In this document: positions 62,801-64,000 of the stretch, piece after piece
Layout of the letters: each line of letters opens with the position of its first letter
Position numbering within the stretch: the first letter of the stretch is position 1
Assembly (NCBI RefSeq): GCF_018977255.1
Contig: NW_024704742.1
Location: forward strand, 108,626,001 to 108,690,000
Length of the DNA: 64,000 nucleotides
Direction: 5' to 3'
Origin: Callorhinchus milii
Lineage: Eukaryota
The notes under the pieces: generated by a model
The model's database searches: none
The model's input: only the letters and a program-made list of their open reading frames with translations
What the model was told of the DNA's origin: nothing
Program-made: the position numbers and the translations under genes

Positions 62801-63684
62801 AGATGAGCAATATTTTGCCCACAGTCCTCAGTAATGGAGAACCACATCTCCAACAATGAATCATTGAGATTCAACAATCCAGCACTCTGAGGTAAATCTA
62901 GTGACCTCACCACAGTATGCTGAAAATATGTTTAAATTCTCTCATCGGTTTTCATTTAACATTTCTAACTTGTGCTCAACACCATTGAGTAAAGTAGATT
63001 CACTGCGGTGCAATATTCAAAGCACTACTTAGCATTAAATAGTGACACATTAATGCAAATGAAACCTTATTCTCCGATTTTACTTGTCATCCTGGTTTAT
63101 GCCAGCTGAAAGAGGAGAATTAGAAATGGTGAAATAAATGTTAGTTTTTCAAAAATTTGTGCTTTTGTTATAACTTCAGTTGGTATGAACTAAAGTGAAT
63201 CCAACAATTTAACATAAACTGTACAAAGTGTGGCAAATGGTTACTCATAAAGCAACAAGAGTTAACCTCCATTTCAGTTCTTCTTCATTTATTGTTAAAT
63301 GTAATTATTTAATCAGAGACTCTACCCCACATTAAAAGCACTATATCAATGCAAATTGTCGTTGTTGCTCCAAGTTATTGTTCAAATAAGTCCAGTGTGC
63401 TGGTCTCAACCACCCTTCCCAGTAACTTATTCCAGTCATTAGTTACCTTCTACATAAATAAATACTTCCCCTGTCTGTCTTGAAATTACCCATTGAAACT
63501 ATAAAACATGTACCCTCTTGTTCTGCTGTCTCTGTACATATGAAAATATTGTTCTGGGTTTACTTCCTCAAGCTCATATATAATGTTATAAAACTCTATA
63601 AGGTATCCTCTGACACATTTCCGTCCAAGACTGAAGTGGCCAGTGTCTTTAATCAATGCTAGAAGTTCATAGGATTGTCAAACA

Positions 63685-63979
63685 GCGCTACCAATGGCAG
63701 TTTTAGCTGGTTAGACTCCAGCACTAGCCCAAACCCACACGCTGAGGTCCCCAAGACTTGGCTCTTGACAACCTGCACCTAATGCTTTCTGGAATTAGGT
63801 CAGCGGGATGTGTCCCTCCAGGGGGAAAGTGTGCATTCTGTTCCAACAACCTACTTCTGGAATTTCCATGTGTAGGTGGAATGCATGGAATTCTCAGTTT
63901 CGTTTGGATACTGTGAAGCATGGTTTGGGGTTTCCGCATATGTCAGACACCCGGCTGACCAAAAAAAGAAGAAAAAAAA
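63685..63979 (+). mobile_element. Unclassified short poly(A)-tailed retroposon, longest copy
   Basis: 3' end homologous to 61052-61180, 28166-28205(-) and 29446-29505(-); the 5' boundary is uncertain. Confidence 0.65.
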
Positions 63980-64000
63980 GGCTTCCCTCAGTGCAGTACT

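Noticed and set aside
40100..64000. Exons of a divergent neighbour such as PCSK1
   Set aside because: No ORF or exon resembling it was seen; isolated GTAAG donors lack supporting coding sequence.

Overview
Repeat-rich vertebrate genomic DNA. The repeat spectrum (L2 and CR1 LINEs, tRNA-headed Deu-domain SINEs, Penelope-like palindromes) suggests a cartilaginous fish, possibly a chimaera; this is inference. The only protein-coding gene I can support is on the minus strand: a CpG-rich promoter and first exon at about 39.1-39.4 kb plus three tiny phase-0 exons (29834-29896, 9338-9403, 875-925). They splice to MSQPSKGKPTKDPKK-GDAKTGTSAKQGVGTGVEASE-VKAKAGHSGKVDTSKAASLASK-HSTKPGVTVQKTTDPSK, which resembles the XL/L N-terminal region of calpastatin (CAST); the gene continues off the left edge. 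The 40-64 kb region looks intergenic, with a tRNA-Gln(CTG) pseudogene and a CTCF-like site. Almost all supplied ORFs are retroelement debris or noise. The most interesting signals are a structured poly(A)-tailed retroposon family I cannot name, hammerhead-ribozyme-like cores in palindromic repeats, a templated inverted duplication inside an L2, SINE/L2 tail co-evolution, several perfect local hairpins, and candidate alternative or poison CAST exons. Repeat boundaries are approximate and read by eye.
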